Shown: in pieces, positions 1 through 11,085 of the stretch
Position numbering within the stretch: position 1 is the stretch's first letter
How the letters are laid out: every line of letters starts with the position of its first letter
Source: Candidatus Bathyarchaeota archaeon
Lineage (GTDB): Archaea > Thermoproteota > Bathyarchaeia > Bathyarchaeales > Bathycorpusculaceae
DNA length: 64,000 bases
Assembly: GCA_963767735.1 (NCBI GenBank)
Contig: CAVYES010000007.1
Coordinates: 288,001 to 352,000 of the forward strand
Reading direction: 5' to 3'
Position numbers and translations under genes: made by a program
Notes under the pieces: generated by a model
Databases searched by the model: none
What the model was told of the DNA's origin: nothing
Seen by the model: the letters and a program-made list of their open reading frames with translations, nothing else

Positions 1-181
1 ACTAACCTGTTCAGAACCCTTAATTGTGACTCTCTATTTCACCTTAGAACTGGCACTCAAATGGAAACTCTAAAAATTAAGGGAGGAGCTTTTAACTGTA
101 TTTTCTTGGGCATATGGCTTAGACCTATGTTTGGGCGATGCTAGCCTAAGTCTCATTCGCAGCGGAAAGCTTATCGTTCAG

Positions 182-382
182 CTATGCTTTCTTTGGCTTC
201 AATCCCAGCTTAACATTGACCTCAACAGTATATTCTTTTTCTAGTTTTCCAACAGCAAAATTCCAGTCCTTAACTTCCACATCCATGTCTTTAAAATCTC
301 TCATGAGGATTTCTCTGTATTCGTTTACTGTTTGACCTATTTTCTGCAACCGGTCAGTTATATCCAAATTCTTATCAGACAT
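182..382 (-). CDS. small hypothetical protein
   Basis: ORF from ATG at 382 (MSDKNLDI...), preceded by GGAGGT RBS-like motif; 66 aa. Confidence 0.7.
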   Translation of the reverse strand: MSDKNLDITDRLQKIGQTVNEYREILMRDFKDMDVEVKDWNFAVGKLEKEYTVEVNVKLGLKPKKA

Positions 383-747
383 TGCAATACACCTCCCAAA
401 AACGCAATACCTCCTACGGTTTAGAGGCAAACAATTCTTAAAGATATGTGACTGTGAACAGACAACAACCAAACCTTAACATCTACAAATCAACTAGTTT
501 GGTTCCCAACCGCTATCCTATGATCGACAAAATTACCAACAAGAGCTATGAGCCAAATAACGCCTAAAGTAAGACAATGATATCCCAACCGACCACGCCT
601 GAATTGTTTTTAAAGTTGACTTCTTTGCGAAGTACAGTTCGCTAACATTTGTCAAATTTGACCTTTCGGTGAATTTCAGTTGTCAAAAAGCTATATACTC
701 TTAAAATCCCTATCCAGAGGTACGAAAAAGCGAGAGTGTAGAAACGC

Positions 748-2100
748 TTGGTTCTTGAAGAAACTGAAAACCTTGTAAGCTATCAGTCGTGCATCCCCAA
801 AAATGTGGAAGCATATACAACTGTTAGCGAGTGGAGAGACTATAAATGGCAACTAAGTCATTCCATAAAAACTATTGCTGATTTCGAAAAATTTACCACT
901 ATTACTTTCACAAGAAAAGAACACATAGAACTTGAAAAAACAATTCGCAAATTTCCACTCAGTATAACGCCATATTATGCATCATTAATAAAGAAAGAAA
1001 ATTACCTTAATGATCCTATTTTTAAGCAGGCGTTTCCTAATCCAGCGGAACTAAAAATTTCGAAATGCGATATGAAAGATCCCTTGCATGAAGATAAAGA
1101 CAGTCCCACCAGAGGAATCACTCATCGGTACCCTGATAGAGTGCTTTTTTTGATTAGTAACCGCTGTGCAATGTACTGCAGACACTGTACACGAAAGAGA
1201 AAGGTTGGTGATCCTGAACACATTCCTCTAAAGCAGCAAATAATTGAAGGAATCCGCTACATTGAAAATAATCCTCAGATACGTGATGTGTTACTTTCGG
1301 GCGGAGATCCCCTTATGCTGCCCGACGATTACTTAGATTGGATCCTGACAGAGCTAAACAATATCCCACATGTTGAAGTGGTGCGGATTGGCTCAAGAAT
1401 ACCTGTTGTTCTTCCTTACAGAATAACTAACGAGCTAGTTCAAATGCTAAAGAAACATCACCCATTGTGGTTAAATACCCAATTTAATCACCCAATAGAA
1501 CTTACGCCATCTTCTCGAGAAGCCCTTAACAAGTTAGCAAACGCGGGAATACCCTTAGGAAACCAATCTGTACTGCTGGCAGGCGTAAACGATTGCCCGC
1601 AGATCATGAAAAAACTCAACCAAAAACTCGTACAAAACAGAGTGCGACCATACTACATGTTCCAATGCGACCTATCAGAAGGGCTCAGCCATTTCAGAAC
1701 ACCAATCGGGAAAGGCATCGAAATTATGGAAAGCCTAATAGGACATACAAGCGGGTTTGCAGTGCCAAAATACGTTATAGATGCTCCTGGAGGCGGAGGA
1801 AAAATTCCTCTTATGCCAAACTACATTGTCTCCTGGTCCGCCAATAAGGTGGTTTTAAGAAACTATGAAGGCGTCATCACTACATACAAAGAACCCGATG
1901 ATTACAAATCAACTTCCTGCGACAAAAACTGCAGCAAATGCGGTTTGCAGCTAAAACTAAATGAAGAAGAGCAGACGGCGGTAGGAGTAGAAAAATTGTT
2001 AAAAGACAACGATGAAATATCGCTCGTACCCAAGGGAAATCTTCGAATGAAAAGGAGAGAAAAAAGCAAAGAAGAATGCGTTCTGAATGCAAAAAATTAA
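748..2100 (+). CDS. ablA: lysine 2,3-aminomutase (radical SAM, PLP)
   Basis: [17 protein letters not shown] (CxxxCxxC), [23 protein letters not shown]-terminal CxxxCxxC. Confidence 0.93.
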   Translation: MVLEETENLVSYQSCIPKNVEAYTTVSEWRDYKWQLSHSIKTIADFEKFTTITFTRKEHIELEKTIRKFPLSITPYYASLIKKENYLNDPIFKQAFPNPAELKISKCDMKDPLHEDKDSPTRGITHRYPDRVLFLISNRCAMYCRHCTRKRKVGDPEHIPLKQQIIEGIRYIENNPQIRDVLLSGGDPLMLPDDYLDWILTELNNIPHVEVVRIGSRIPVVLPYRITNELVQMLKKHHPLWLNTQFNHPIELTPSSREALNKLANAGIPLGNQSVLLAGVNDCPQIMKKLNQKLVQNRVRPYYMFQCDLSEGLSHFRTPIGKGIEIMESLIGHTSGFAVPKYVIDAPGGGGKIPLMPNYIVSWSANKVVLRNYEGVITTYKEPDDYKSTSCDKNCSKCGLQLKLNEEEQTAVGVEKLLKDNDEISLVPKGNLRMKRREKSKEECVLNAKN

Positions 2101-2632
2101 AAAATGCTTAAAATTTAGAATTAGAAACGTAATGTTGAAAGACATAAGAGAAGTGTACAAACTACTTGTGGCGAATAGGCCATACGTAGGGTTAAATTCT
2201 CGATACACCTATTTTCTTTTAGCTAAAGATTTCTCAAATACTTGCGTCGTTGCCGAACAGGATAATAAAGTAATTGCGTTTTCTTCAGGATATGTACCGC
2301 CCGACAGACCAGACACATTTTTCAGCTGGGAAGTAGTAGTTGACGAAAATTACCGGGGAAACGGTTTGCAAAAACAGATGTTTCTTCATCAAATCAGAAT
2401 AACAGGTGCAAAATATTTTGAAGGTACCATAAACCCTTCAAATGAAGTATCTAAAAGAAATTTCTTTGAATTAGCTCGATTACTGAATACCAAATGCGAA
2501 GAAAAGGTGTTGTTTAACGAAGAAGACTTCGAAAACGACGGCCATGAACCTGAGATTCTGTATAGAATAGGGCCAATTTACAGGACTGAGGTAAAAAATA
2601 TCGGGTTAGTATATAGTAGCCAGCAACGTTAG
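2087..2632 (+). CDS. EctA-like (diaminobutyrate acetyltransferase family) GNAT acetyltransferase
   Basis: [60 protein letters not shown] resemble EctA motifs; overlaps ablA stop. Confidence 0.8.
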   Translation: MQKIKKCLKFRIRNVMLKDIREVYKLLVANRPYVGLNSRYTYFLLAKDFSNTCVVAEQDNKVIAFSSGYVPPDRPDTFFSWEVVVDENYRGNGLQKQMFLHQIRITGAKYFEGTINPSNEVSKRNFFELARLLNTKCEEKVLFNEEDFENDGHEPEILYRIGPIYRTEVKNIGLVYSSQQR

Positions 2633-2754
2633 AGCAATGCCGATCATTTTCTTCTTGTTTACGTTTGGTTGGTTATGGGGGGATTTTTAGCCATTTGAGA
2701 GGAGATCTTGAGCGGAATTATGCAACAAGCTGGCGCGCTTAGTTTTATCCCTTA

Positions 2755-3279
2755 CTAAGGCTCCGTTGCAGTTATGATTGTGTCAAAGCTGAAAGTGGTT
2801 ATTCCATTGATAGTAGGGTACACAGTTAGGGTTAGTTCCAGAGGAATCACTTGATCTACGTTAAGGACTTGACCCGAGTAGTTCCAGTTTAGTGAAATAT
2901 AGCCCTCGGAAGCGGATGGGGTCCAATTTGACGTCCCCAACCACAACGAAGCCGCCGAAGTGCCTTCATTCTTAACATAAACCGTAAAGGTATTGTTTGA
3001 ACCGGCTGCTACGAGTCCCAAATCGAGTGAAAGGGTTCTGTTTGTACAGGCTTGATCCCAGTAAATCCCAACTCCAAAGCCTTCCACGGGACTTGCGTAG
3101 ACATTAAATTTGCTTGAACCAAAACCCACTATGATACCCAAGAGAACAACGATACTCAATAAGCATACTGCGGCGAATATTGATTTTCTGTGAAAATGCT
3201 TGCTGGATTGAGTGGCCAAAGGCGCTCTTAAGTCTACAATTCCTTCATTGATTTTGTTTTGAACTTTCTTGAGGCTCAT
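2755..3279 (-). CDS. membrane-anchored/secreted hypothetical protein
   Basis: N-terminal hydrophobic helix then beta-rich Thr/Ser/Asn domain; start uncertain (3279 or 3324). Confidence 0.65.
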   Translation of the reverse strand: MSLKKVQNKINEGIVDLRAPLATQSSKHFHRKSIFAAVCLLSIVVLLGIIVGFGSSKFNVYASPVEGFGVGIYWDQACTNRTLSLDLGLVAAGSNNTFTVYVKNEGTSAASLWLGTSNWTPSASEGYISLNWNYSGQVLNVDQVIPLELTLTVYPTINGITTFSFDTIITATEP

Positions 3280-3819
3280 ATTAAACACTCTTAATGACAT
3301 AAGTCTTATGTCATAATATGACATATTATGTTAGGTATAAACAAATGTGATTGTATTGGCACGCCTACAAGTCCACGCCCTTGAGATAAACCTTTAGCGC
3401 GCACTGCAGTTGCCTCGCTCCGAATCTCAGATCAGAAAAATAAGAGCTCAAGCTGGGCGGTTATCGCTTTGCCATTAGACATATGCAGGCTTAACTAAAC
3501 CTAACAAACTTTGTTAAGTTGACTTGCTAAACTTGCGGCAAAGTTGACAATTAACGTTAATGAGCATTTCAAAAAGCTATAAAAAAGATCAGGTTCTAGT
3601 GTTTTCAAAATTCAGGAAGAGAGAAAAAAATGAAAACACAGATCGTAGGGAAAAAACTTCATCTTATGAAACTCGGAAAACTCCAAGGCCACAGCTTTAT
3701 ACATCAGCCTACTATCCATCGTAACCATCTTTTGACATCTTGCCTTCTTAATAATTTGGCCTATGGGTTTACGGCAATATTTGCGATGCAGCTAACAACA
3801 GGAAAGGATTTTTGAGGTT

Positions 3820-4539
3820 TTGAAAATTATAGTTCAAGAGGCGGAAACACGCTTCTCAGCGCAGCTGATAATTGCTGCCCTAAACGAAGCGCCAGGAATC
3901 GAACTTACAATAGCTGAGATGAAACACACTCTGGATGACATTGCAGTTCTGGTCGTCGATGGTAAAAGCAGCGACCGAACCGTCGAGATTGCTAAAAGCT
4001 TGGGTGCAAAGGTTGTTTGCCAAGATGGTTTTGGCAAAGGCGACGCTTTAGCTAAGGCTTTTGAACATACCGACTTAAACGTGGATTACATTGTTTTTAC
4101 TGATGGGGATTATACTTATCCAGCGGAATACGTTCCCGCTATGATAAGAGTACTGGAAGAAAACCCTCTTGTTGGCATGGTTTGCGGCAACAGACTCTCC
4201 GTTAGCGTTGATAAAGCAGCTTTGAATAGTGTTTTCCGCATGGGCAACAATTTGCTTGCTTTGTTGTATAACATGCTTAGCAGAATGCCGCTTCAAGATC
4301 CATTGACTGGGCTGCGAGTGATACGGGCCGAAATTTTGAAGGGTTGGCTTCCGAAAGCCAAGGGCTTTGACATTGAAGTTGAGCTGAACCATCTGGTGGA
4401 GCGGCGCGGGTTCACCATTCAGGAAATACCAATTTTTTACAGAGCGCGGTTAGGTGAGAAAAAGCTGAAGGTAAGTCACGGCCTCGCTATCTTGAAAAGA
4501 ATACTTTGGACGCGCTTTACAGCTATCAGAAACCAATAG
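3820..4539 (+). CDS. glycosyltransferase family 2 (DPM1-like)
   Basis: AALNEA, VVDGKSSDRT, GKGDAL, DGDYTY, DPLTGLR, GFDIEVE. Confidence 0.9.
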   Translation: MKIIVQEAETRFSAQLIIAALNEAPGIELTIAEMKHTLDDIAVLVVDGKSSDRTVEIAKSLGAKVVCQDGFGKGDALAKAFEHTDLNVDYIVFTDGDYTYPAEYVPAMIRVLEENPLVGMVCGNRLSVSVDKAALNSVFRMGNNLLALLYNMLSRMPLQDPLTGLRVIRAEILKGWLPKAKGFDIEVELNHLVERRGFTIQEIPIFYRARLGEKKLKVSHGLAILKRILWTRFTAIRNQ

Positions 4540-4553
4540 CAGGTTCTAAGAAT

Positions 4554-5836
4554 ATGCCCGAATCGCCCATGTGCATCTTGCATTTTGCCCGTCTGTACTA
4601 CCCCGTTATCGGCGGTTGCGAACGCGATACGCGTGAGTTGTCGATAGAGCTTGTGAGAATGGGTCACAACGTAACGATTGTCACAACTGACCTTGCGGGA
4701 CTTGGTGACCTTAAAAGGAATAAATACATAGAAAAGGTATCTCCTAACGATGCGGGTGTGAAGGTTCTCCGTTCCACGTGAACAACCTTTCCGCCTTGAG
4801 AACTTTCATACGGTTTCTTCACTTGTTGCTTGAGGAAGCAAGAAGAATAGGCTTGGTAAGATCGGATTCGTTTCCTTTTCTCGATGCCCTTCAATACTCA
4901 GCCCTAGTTACAAGAGAGTACTTGGATCCGGTGCGTTTAGGCGGTTTCGAGGTTCTCAATGGTACGCAGTTTGGGCATGGAGAGCTTTTCTTTCTGGAAA
5001 AAGCCTGTAAGAAAAGTCATGTGCCTTTCGTGTTTACGCCCCGAACTCACACTCTAGACCCAAATACCCAAAAGATGATAACTTTGGGCCTGAAAATAGC
5101 GAGTGCAGCGGACGCGATAATAGTTTTCACCAAGTATGAAAAAGAGTACTATGCGGGAAAAGGTATTGACCCGAACAAAATCTTCATTACAGGGATAGGT
5201 GTGAGGCCTGAAGCCTTCGAACCACCGGCCTCTATGATGTTTCGAGCCGAACACGGCATCCCCTGCGATCACAGCGTAGTCTTACACATTGCAAGGATGG
5301 AGAAATACAAGGGAGCAGATCTTCTAATTGAAAGCATGAGAGAGGTGTGGAAGAGAAAACCCAATTCAACCCTTGTGTTAATTGGTAAATCCACGTCCTA
5401 TACTCAAGACATCGAACAAATTGCCAAGAAAGAGACGAGAATTGTTGTGTTGCCTGATGCCTCGGAGAAAATCAAGAAAGAAGCACTCTTCGCCGCGACA
5501 CTGCTCATGAACCCTTCTCAATTCGAGTCCTTTGGAGGGGTCTTTCTTGAAGCTTGGGCCGCGGGAAAACCAGTAATCGGCGCTAAGACACCTGTGAGTG
5601 AATGTGTGATTGATGAAGGAAGGGACGGTTTGCTCTTTGATAATCTAGACGTTAGCGAATTGGCGCAGAAGATACTTTTTCTCTTGGAAAATGAAAAAGT
5701 TGCGTTTGAAATGGGAGAGAACGGCAGGAGGAAGACTCTTCTGAACTATTCGTGGGAGAAGATCGCCAAATTGACACTTGAGGTATATGAGTGGGTTCAG
5801 GATCATCGGGTGTGTTCAGAGAAAGAAAGAATGTAA
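4554..5836 (+). pseudogene. glycosyltransferase family 4, split by a single-base frameshift near 4772 (possibly a sequencing error)
   Basis: N-part YYPVIGGCE...GHNVTIVT (4554-4781); C-part KGADLL, ESFGGVFLEAWAAGKPVI; adding one T (CGT TTC CAC GTG) fuses the two. Confidence 0.8.
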
Positions 5837-6299
5837 AACAAACTTGAAGATTAACATTATTGGTTTGGAACCGTTTTAAAGACGCTAGATTCCTTATTAG
5901 TCAGCATGCTTCTCAAATTAGTGCAATTGGCTTCTCAAAAGAATTCAAAAGCTACTATCCTGACTATACCTGTTTTGGTGAAGCAAGATGTACGCCAACA
6001 ATTCCTCAACTAGGCACACAAGAAAACTGCATAAAACGCAAATAACAATGACCAGTAAAATGCTTCAAGCAGTCATGGAAAACTTGGTCAAGAGCGGAAT
6101 GCGCTACAACAAATTGAAAAACAAAAACAAAAGGTCTCGGCAGTCCTAAGGTAGTTTTTTCACTCTGACTTTTCGGTTTAAACGAACTTTAGAAAAATTA
6201 AATTGAGTTAACTTGATTCAACTTCAATAGTATCATATTCAAAGGCATTACCATAAAGTTACGTTAATCCCAAAGCCCCAAAAGATTTGAAAAAAAGGT

Positions 6300-7196
6300 T
6301 TAATATGTCGCTTCTGACAATATGCGCTTTAAAATTTCGGTGCCGTGCCTAACGCCTAGTTTTTTCTCGCCTAATCTTTCCCGGTATTCAATGGGGACCT
6401 CCGCGATGCCAAAGCCTGCTCGCTCCACATGATGGTTAAGCTCTACCTCGACGTCAAACCCTTTAGACTTCACCTTCCAGTCTCTAAGAATTTCCGCACG
6501 CACAACACGCAACCCAGTCAAAGGATCAACCAACTGCACGCCATTAAGAAAGTTATGAGTAAGCGCGATAAGCCGATTCCCTAAGTAGAAAATGCCATTC
6601 AACCCCTTCAGGTCCATGTAACCGTTAAATCGGTTACCGCAAACCATGCCCACATCCGGATTTTCCTCAAGTACCCGAATCATCCCAGGAACATATTCAG
6701 CAGGATAAGTATAATCTGCATCTGTAATGACCACGTAATCAACCGCTAAATCCAAGTTCTCAACGGCCTTTGCCAAAGCATCACCCTTACCTAACCCATC
6801 TTGGACGACAACGTTGGCACCCATATTCTTGGCCTCCTCGACGGTTCGATCGGTGCTTTTGCCGTCAACAACCAAAATCCGAGGGTTACTCAGAGTGTTC
6901 TTTAGCTCGGATATGGTAAGACCGATGCCTTCTTCCTCGTTCAAAGCAGCTATGATGACCTGCGTCGAAGGAATGCAGCGCAAATCGCCGTTTCGCATTT
7001 GTACTGGCGCTATTTTTTCTTCTTCGACTAACACAGTTGTGATGACCTGCGTCGAAGAAATATACTGTGAAGCTCCTTTCTGCACTTGCACCAATACTCC
7101 TGTAGCGGTAACTTGTTGGTTCAAACTCCTATTTAAAAAGTTATGTAAAAAATGGAAATATGCGAATACTTTGAAACTTAATTTTTTATTCCCCAT
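6300..7196 (-). CDS. glycosyltransferase family 2 (paralog of 3820-4539)
   Basis: AALNEEEGI, VVDGKSTDRT, DADYTY, DPLTGLR; start uncertain. Confidence 0.88.
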   Translation of the reverse strand: MGNKKLSFKVFAYFHFLHNFLNRSLNQQVTATGVLVQVQKGASQYISSTQVITTVLVEEEKIAPVQMRNGDLRCIPSTQVIIAALNEEEGIGLTISELKNTLSNPRILVVDGKSTDRTVEEAKNMGANVVVQDGLGKGDALAKAVENLDLAVDYVVITDADYTYPAEYVPGMIRVLEENPDVGMVCGNRFNGYMDLKGLNGIFYLGNRLIALTHNFLNGVQLVDPLTGLRVVRAEILRDWKVKSKGFDVEVELNHHVERAGFGIAEVPIEYRERLGEKKLGVRHGTEILKRILSEATY

Positions 7197-7354
7197 CAGT
7201 AACTTACCTAAAATAAATAAAGACTAACATAGTCTTCACTCAGCAAAGCCAGAAACCCTTATTTAAAGCAATAAGGAAAACATGGAAATAATTTCCCTAC
7301 TTCAGCCTTAAATTTTTATCTCGCATCAAAAACCAATCTAACGTAACCAACATA

Positions 7355-7675
7355 CTAGCTCATATCCTCACAAAGCAAAGCCAGCAGCTCCCGCTCACAA
7401 CCCAAAGCCTCAAGCAACTTCTGCGCTCCAACATAACGCTCTTTAAAATGATTGTACTGCTTAAGAAACTCTCGACCTCGCTTAGTCAACTTGTACCTGC
7501 AACCTTCTACACGAACAAAACCAGCGCCCAAAACAACCCCCAAATACTTCTCCAAAAGACCAAAACTCAAATTCGCCCTAGTCTTAATACGAGTTTTACT
7601 CGAACCAGAATTTGCAGCCTCCAAAATAGCCGCAACAATCTCCACGCGATCACGATTCTTACCCAACAAAACCAC
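7355..7675 (-). CDS. winged-helix transcriptional regulator
   Basis: RDRVEIVAAIL...KTRIKTRANLSF...YKLTKRGREFL pattern of small archaeal wHTH proteins. Confidence 0.8.
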   Translation of the reverse strand: MVLLGKNRDRVEIVAAILEAANSGSSKTRIKTRANLSFGLLEKYLGVVLGAGFVRVEGCRYKLTKRGREFLKQYNHFKERYVGAQKLLEALGCERELLALLCEDMS

Positions 7676-8254
7676 CCACCAACACTCCAGAAATCAAACC
7701 AAAAAAACTAAAGCCTCCAACACCAAAACAAAACTTAAAGACAACACTAACAAGTACCTTCACAACAGAAGAGAATTTGAACCAAGGGATCTCAATAGAC
7801 TTCAAGCTTCCGCTCCTCTTACTCCTAAGAAACAGAATTGAAGCCTTCCATTCTCACGCAATCCTCTTCAACCCTTAAACAAGCACAACCAAAAAAAACC
7901 ATATAAGTCATATTTCCAAAAACGTAATATGCCAAAAACAAAAAGGATTTCAGCTAAACAAAACAGTTTATGGCGAAAACTTTGTTTGCCATAGGGAAAG
8001 TAGCGATTTAAACAGCGGCTTTCGATTTTGCAGAATATTGTAGCTCCATTCCCTATCCCTTTGAGTGACTTACTTCGCTCAGGGACCAAGCATTTTTATT
8101 TTCTCAACCTGCGAAACCTGATGGACTTAACCCTTTTCGGGTCGCAACCTTATGGGATTTGACGCTAAAAGGGGGCAGAACCATATATTAAAATAAGAAA
8201 CTTTTAAGAAAAATCTGGAAAAATAACTCACAGAAACCAATCCTAGCCGGAAGC

Positions 8255-8292
8255 GAGCCGAGCCGTGCTTGAACCCAAACGGGTTCAAGCCG
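8255..8292. repeat. ~38-bp hairpin repeat, copy 1
   Basis: GAGCCGAGCCGTGCTTGAACCC-AAAC-GGGTTCAAGCCG; perfect 10-bp stem; recurs at 12905 and 17705. Confidence 0.8.
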
Positions 8293-8335
8293 TAAGTTTA
8301 AAAGCATAGTTGATGTCATGCCTAATCGGTTAACG

Positions 8336-10140
8336 TCACGAGAGCAGTCCATCAAACTCAGACTCGCGACCTAATTGTTCCTTAATAACTTGAAGTTGAG
8401 TTAGCATCATTTTCAGCTCGTTCAGTTTGTTCTTCACTTCAAGCTCGCTTATAGTTCGCAAATGCTCGGCTTCATAAACCGCTTGCTTCACGGTTTCAGT
8501 TGAAGATTCCAATGCTCGGTTAATATCCATTTTCAGCTTCAGAACAGCTTGGTCTATTCGAGTAATAAAATAGTCATACCTTATTCGCCCCCCATTCTTG
8601 TCGAATTCAGTTCTTGCTTTTTCCCGTATCTGCTTTTTCAGAATTCCCCCAAACAACGATTTTGGAAGAAGTTGCGCCATCTCTCCTCCACTAATTGTCA
8701 TACTAGCTGTAAAAATAGGGTCTAGATGATAGTAGAACCTAGTTTCAAAACTTAAGGAAGCATTAAAAACAGCGTCAGTTACTTGAAATCCAAAGAGTTT
8801 AGCTGCCTTCTGCCTGACATCCCCAATTAAGGTATTCATTTTTACGTTAGACTCATTCACTAACTGCTGAAATCGCTTCTCAGCTTTAAAATCTTCATCT
8901 TCAATGAATTCTGAGTAAACTTCGATCAACCTTTTCCTAAGGTAATCTTCCGCATAGCTGACAATTTTTCTAGAACTTATTTTTTCTGATTTGATCTTTT
9001 CTTCGGCAAAATCTTCGATTTGTTTTATCAGCAAATCTTCATGTTCTTTTTTAAAGATAGTTAAGTCACCGTCTAGCATGCTCACTATCTCTCTTACTCT
9101 TCCGTCCAATACATAGAAGAGTTCGCGTTTCTTGTTCTCAATCGAATCAAGATAGCGTTCGAATTCTAACAGAAGACTTGCAAGATTTTCTAAAGGCATT
9201 GTTAAGCTGTTGATTTCAAGTTGGACGTATGTGGTTAAATCTGATGCAGATTTTCCCAACTTATTTATTGCTGAGTTTAGTATCAGGCTTTCTTTCACAT
9301 TTATGAGCGATTCTTTGAGGGCTGTCTCGAAGTTCTTTATCCCGCTGCGCTCTACCAGATTTGGGTCATTGCCAAGTCGACCTTCTAGGGCTAATTTAGC
9401 CGATATTGGATAGATCCTCACTGCAGAGCCATGATTATGGCTGAGATGTTCGCTTATGATTTTTTGGCAATACTTTTCTGACTCATTTAGCGAGGCAGAA
9501 TCTACATAATCGATCTTGTTTAGAACAAATAGAATTTTGTTTGATTTCGATGCCAAATCAGTGAGAAGCTCGATTTCCTGCTGACCTACAGGCGGGTCAA
9601 CAGCAAAAACAAATACTGCAAAGTCAGCCCTGTCGAGGAACTGAAAGGTTATTTGTGTTCCACTAAGGTATGTTGAACCTACTCCTGGTGTATCAATCAG
9701 TATTAATCCATCCTTCAGAATCTGCGAAGGCACAAGAACGTCAGCACTGTCACATTCTATGTGTTGTCAGGGTTTCCTGCTTCAGAGACATATTTAGGTA
9801 GCTCTTGAATTGGCACTTCTTTTTCCGAACCATCGCCAAAACTAATCCTCGCAGTCGGGTCGTTGCCATACCTTATTCTTGTTATCACGGAAGTTACTGG
9901 AATAACGCCTGTCGGAACGATTGTTCTTCCTAGCATGGCGTTTATGAGAGTTGACTTTCCTCTTTTGAAAAGCCCGAGCAAAGCGAGATAAAACTCTTCT
10001 TTCGGCAGCTTATCCAGCACTTCATTCAGAAAATCTGCGATAGCCGTGTTGTTGGTTCTCTGAGCAATTTGTAATAATGTTTGTCCCGCGTTCTCAATTT
10101 CGGATTTAAGATAAGAATACTCTGACGATGAATTCACCAT
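8336..10140 (-). pseudogene. bacterial-type dynamin-like GTPase, interrupted near 9745-9760
   Basis: G1 GLFKRGKST, G2 PVT, G3 DTPG, G4 NKID, long helical C-terminus; TAG at 9757 and a frame change. Confidence 0.85.
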
Positions 10141-10144
10141 TTTC

Positions 10145-10999
10145 TCACCCAATATAAAAAGGCTCAAAAGTGCTGAGTTTTTGAAGTGTTGTGATGGCGT
10201 AGTAGGTGTATTCAAAACTGGATATACCGAGGTCTGAGCGGGCAAAACCTCCGTTTTTGTTTTGGCACTTTAATATCCAATCTATCGTTTGTGTTTGATA
10301 CCTACCTTTTTCGCCAAGCAAATCAAGCGTCATTACGCCATAATAGACGTGTTCCATGTACGGCCCGAAATTTATCGGTGTAACTGTGAAGCCGCCGTAG
10401 GGTTTTTCGCATCCCCTCACGAACCTTACAGTGTCATGCAAATCCTGGAGGCTCTCCTTAAGAAGGCTCATAGAAGCAGTGGCGTAATAGGTTGAGTTAA
10501 TGTTTGATTCTCCCTGTGTTCCAAAACCTCCGTCATCATTTTTGAAATGAAGCAGCCACTCCGCCACTTCTTTCGTGTTAACTTTAATTTTCAGCAAATC
10601 AGCAAGCTCGAGTGCCATGAAGGTTGTCAAAAACTCTGAAGGGACTTCGGCGAAAACTTCTGTAGAGCTAAAGTACCTTTTTGAGTTTAGAATTGAAAGA
10701 GCGTGTTTTTTCTGTTTTGCGTCAACGTTTTTGCCAATTAACAGTGAAGTTTTGCTTAGGTAATAAATTGAGTATATGTTGTCTAAATGAATGACGTTTA
10801 TGAATTTTACAGTTTTTTCAATGTTAGGGAAATTTGTATTTAGTGCACTTAGAATATTTAATCCATAATATGTGTCTTGACCGTTTGACTCTGCGCCCTG
10901 GCAAAAAGTGTAACCACCGTCTTCGTTTTGACGATCAATTACGTAATTTGCTATCTTTTTGGTCCATGATGGGTCGGCTAGCTGCTTTACTTCAACCAA
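10145..10999 (-). CDS. prenyltransferase/squalene-cyclase-repeat (alpha-alpha toroid) protein
   Basis: repeated QNEDGGY, KNDDGGF, EKPYGGF, QNKNGGF, each followed by TYY/VYY. Confidence 0.85.
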   Translation of the reverse strand: MVEVKQLADPSWTKKIANYVIDRQNEDGGYTFCQGAESNGQDTYYGLNILSALNTNFPNIEKTVKFINVIHLDNIYSIYYLSKTSLLIGKNVDAKQKKHALSILNSKRYFSSTEVFAEVPSEFLTTFMALELADLLKIKVNTKEVAEWLLHFKNDDGGFGTQGESNINSTYYATASMSLLKESLQDLHDTVRFVRGCEKPYGGFTVTPINFGPYMEHVYYGVMTLDLLGEKGRYQTQTIDWILKCQNKNGGFARSDLGISSFEYTYYAITTLQKLSTFEPFYIG

Positions 11000-11023
11000 T
11001 GGATTATCACTCTGATTTTAGTT

Positions 11024-11085
11024 GGTAGAAGCTATCAGTCTCTGCCTGTAAAGCAAAGGCGGTTGAAGGCGAGCCTCATCGCCAT
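11024..11085 (-). ncRNA. fluoride riboswitch (crcB motif)
   Basis: GGCGAUGAGGCUCGCC-UUCAACCGC-[CUUUGCUU/AGGCAGAG stem]-ACUGAUAGCUUCUAC; P1 GGCGA/UCGCC, pseudoknot GAGGC/GCUUC; BRE-TATA-like GAAAGCTTATTTAT ~25 nt upstream. Confidence 0.88.

Noticed and set aside
3495-3560. Loosely periodic AACTT/AAGTT motifs (similar weak periodicity at 12820-12870 and 40520-40575)
   Set aside because: Irregular spacing and no adjacent leader; not distinguishable from ordinary operator DNA
6951-7057. GATGACCTGCGTCGAAG duplication in the GT2 5' region
   Set aside because: Short local duplication (STQVI twice) with no further structure
9757-9759. Pyrrolysine read-through of the dynamin TAG
   Set aside because: No pyl genes visible and a frameshift follows anyway
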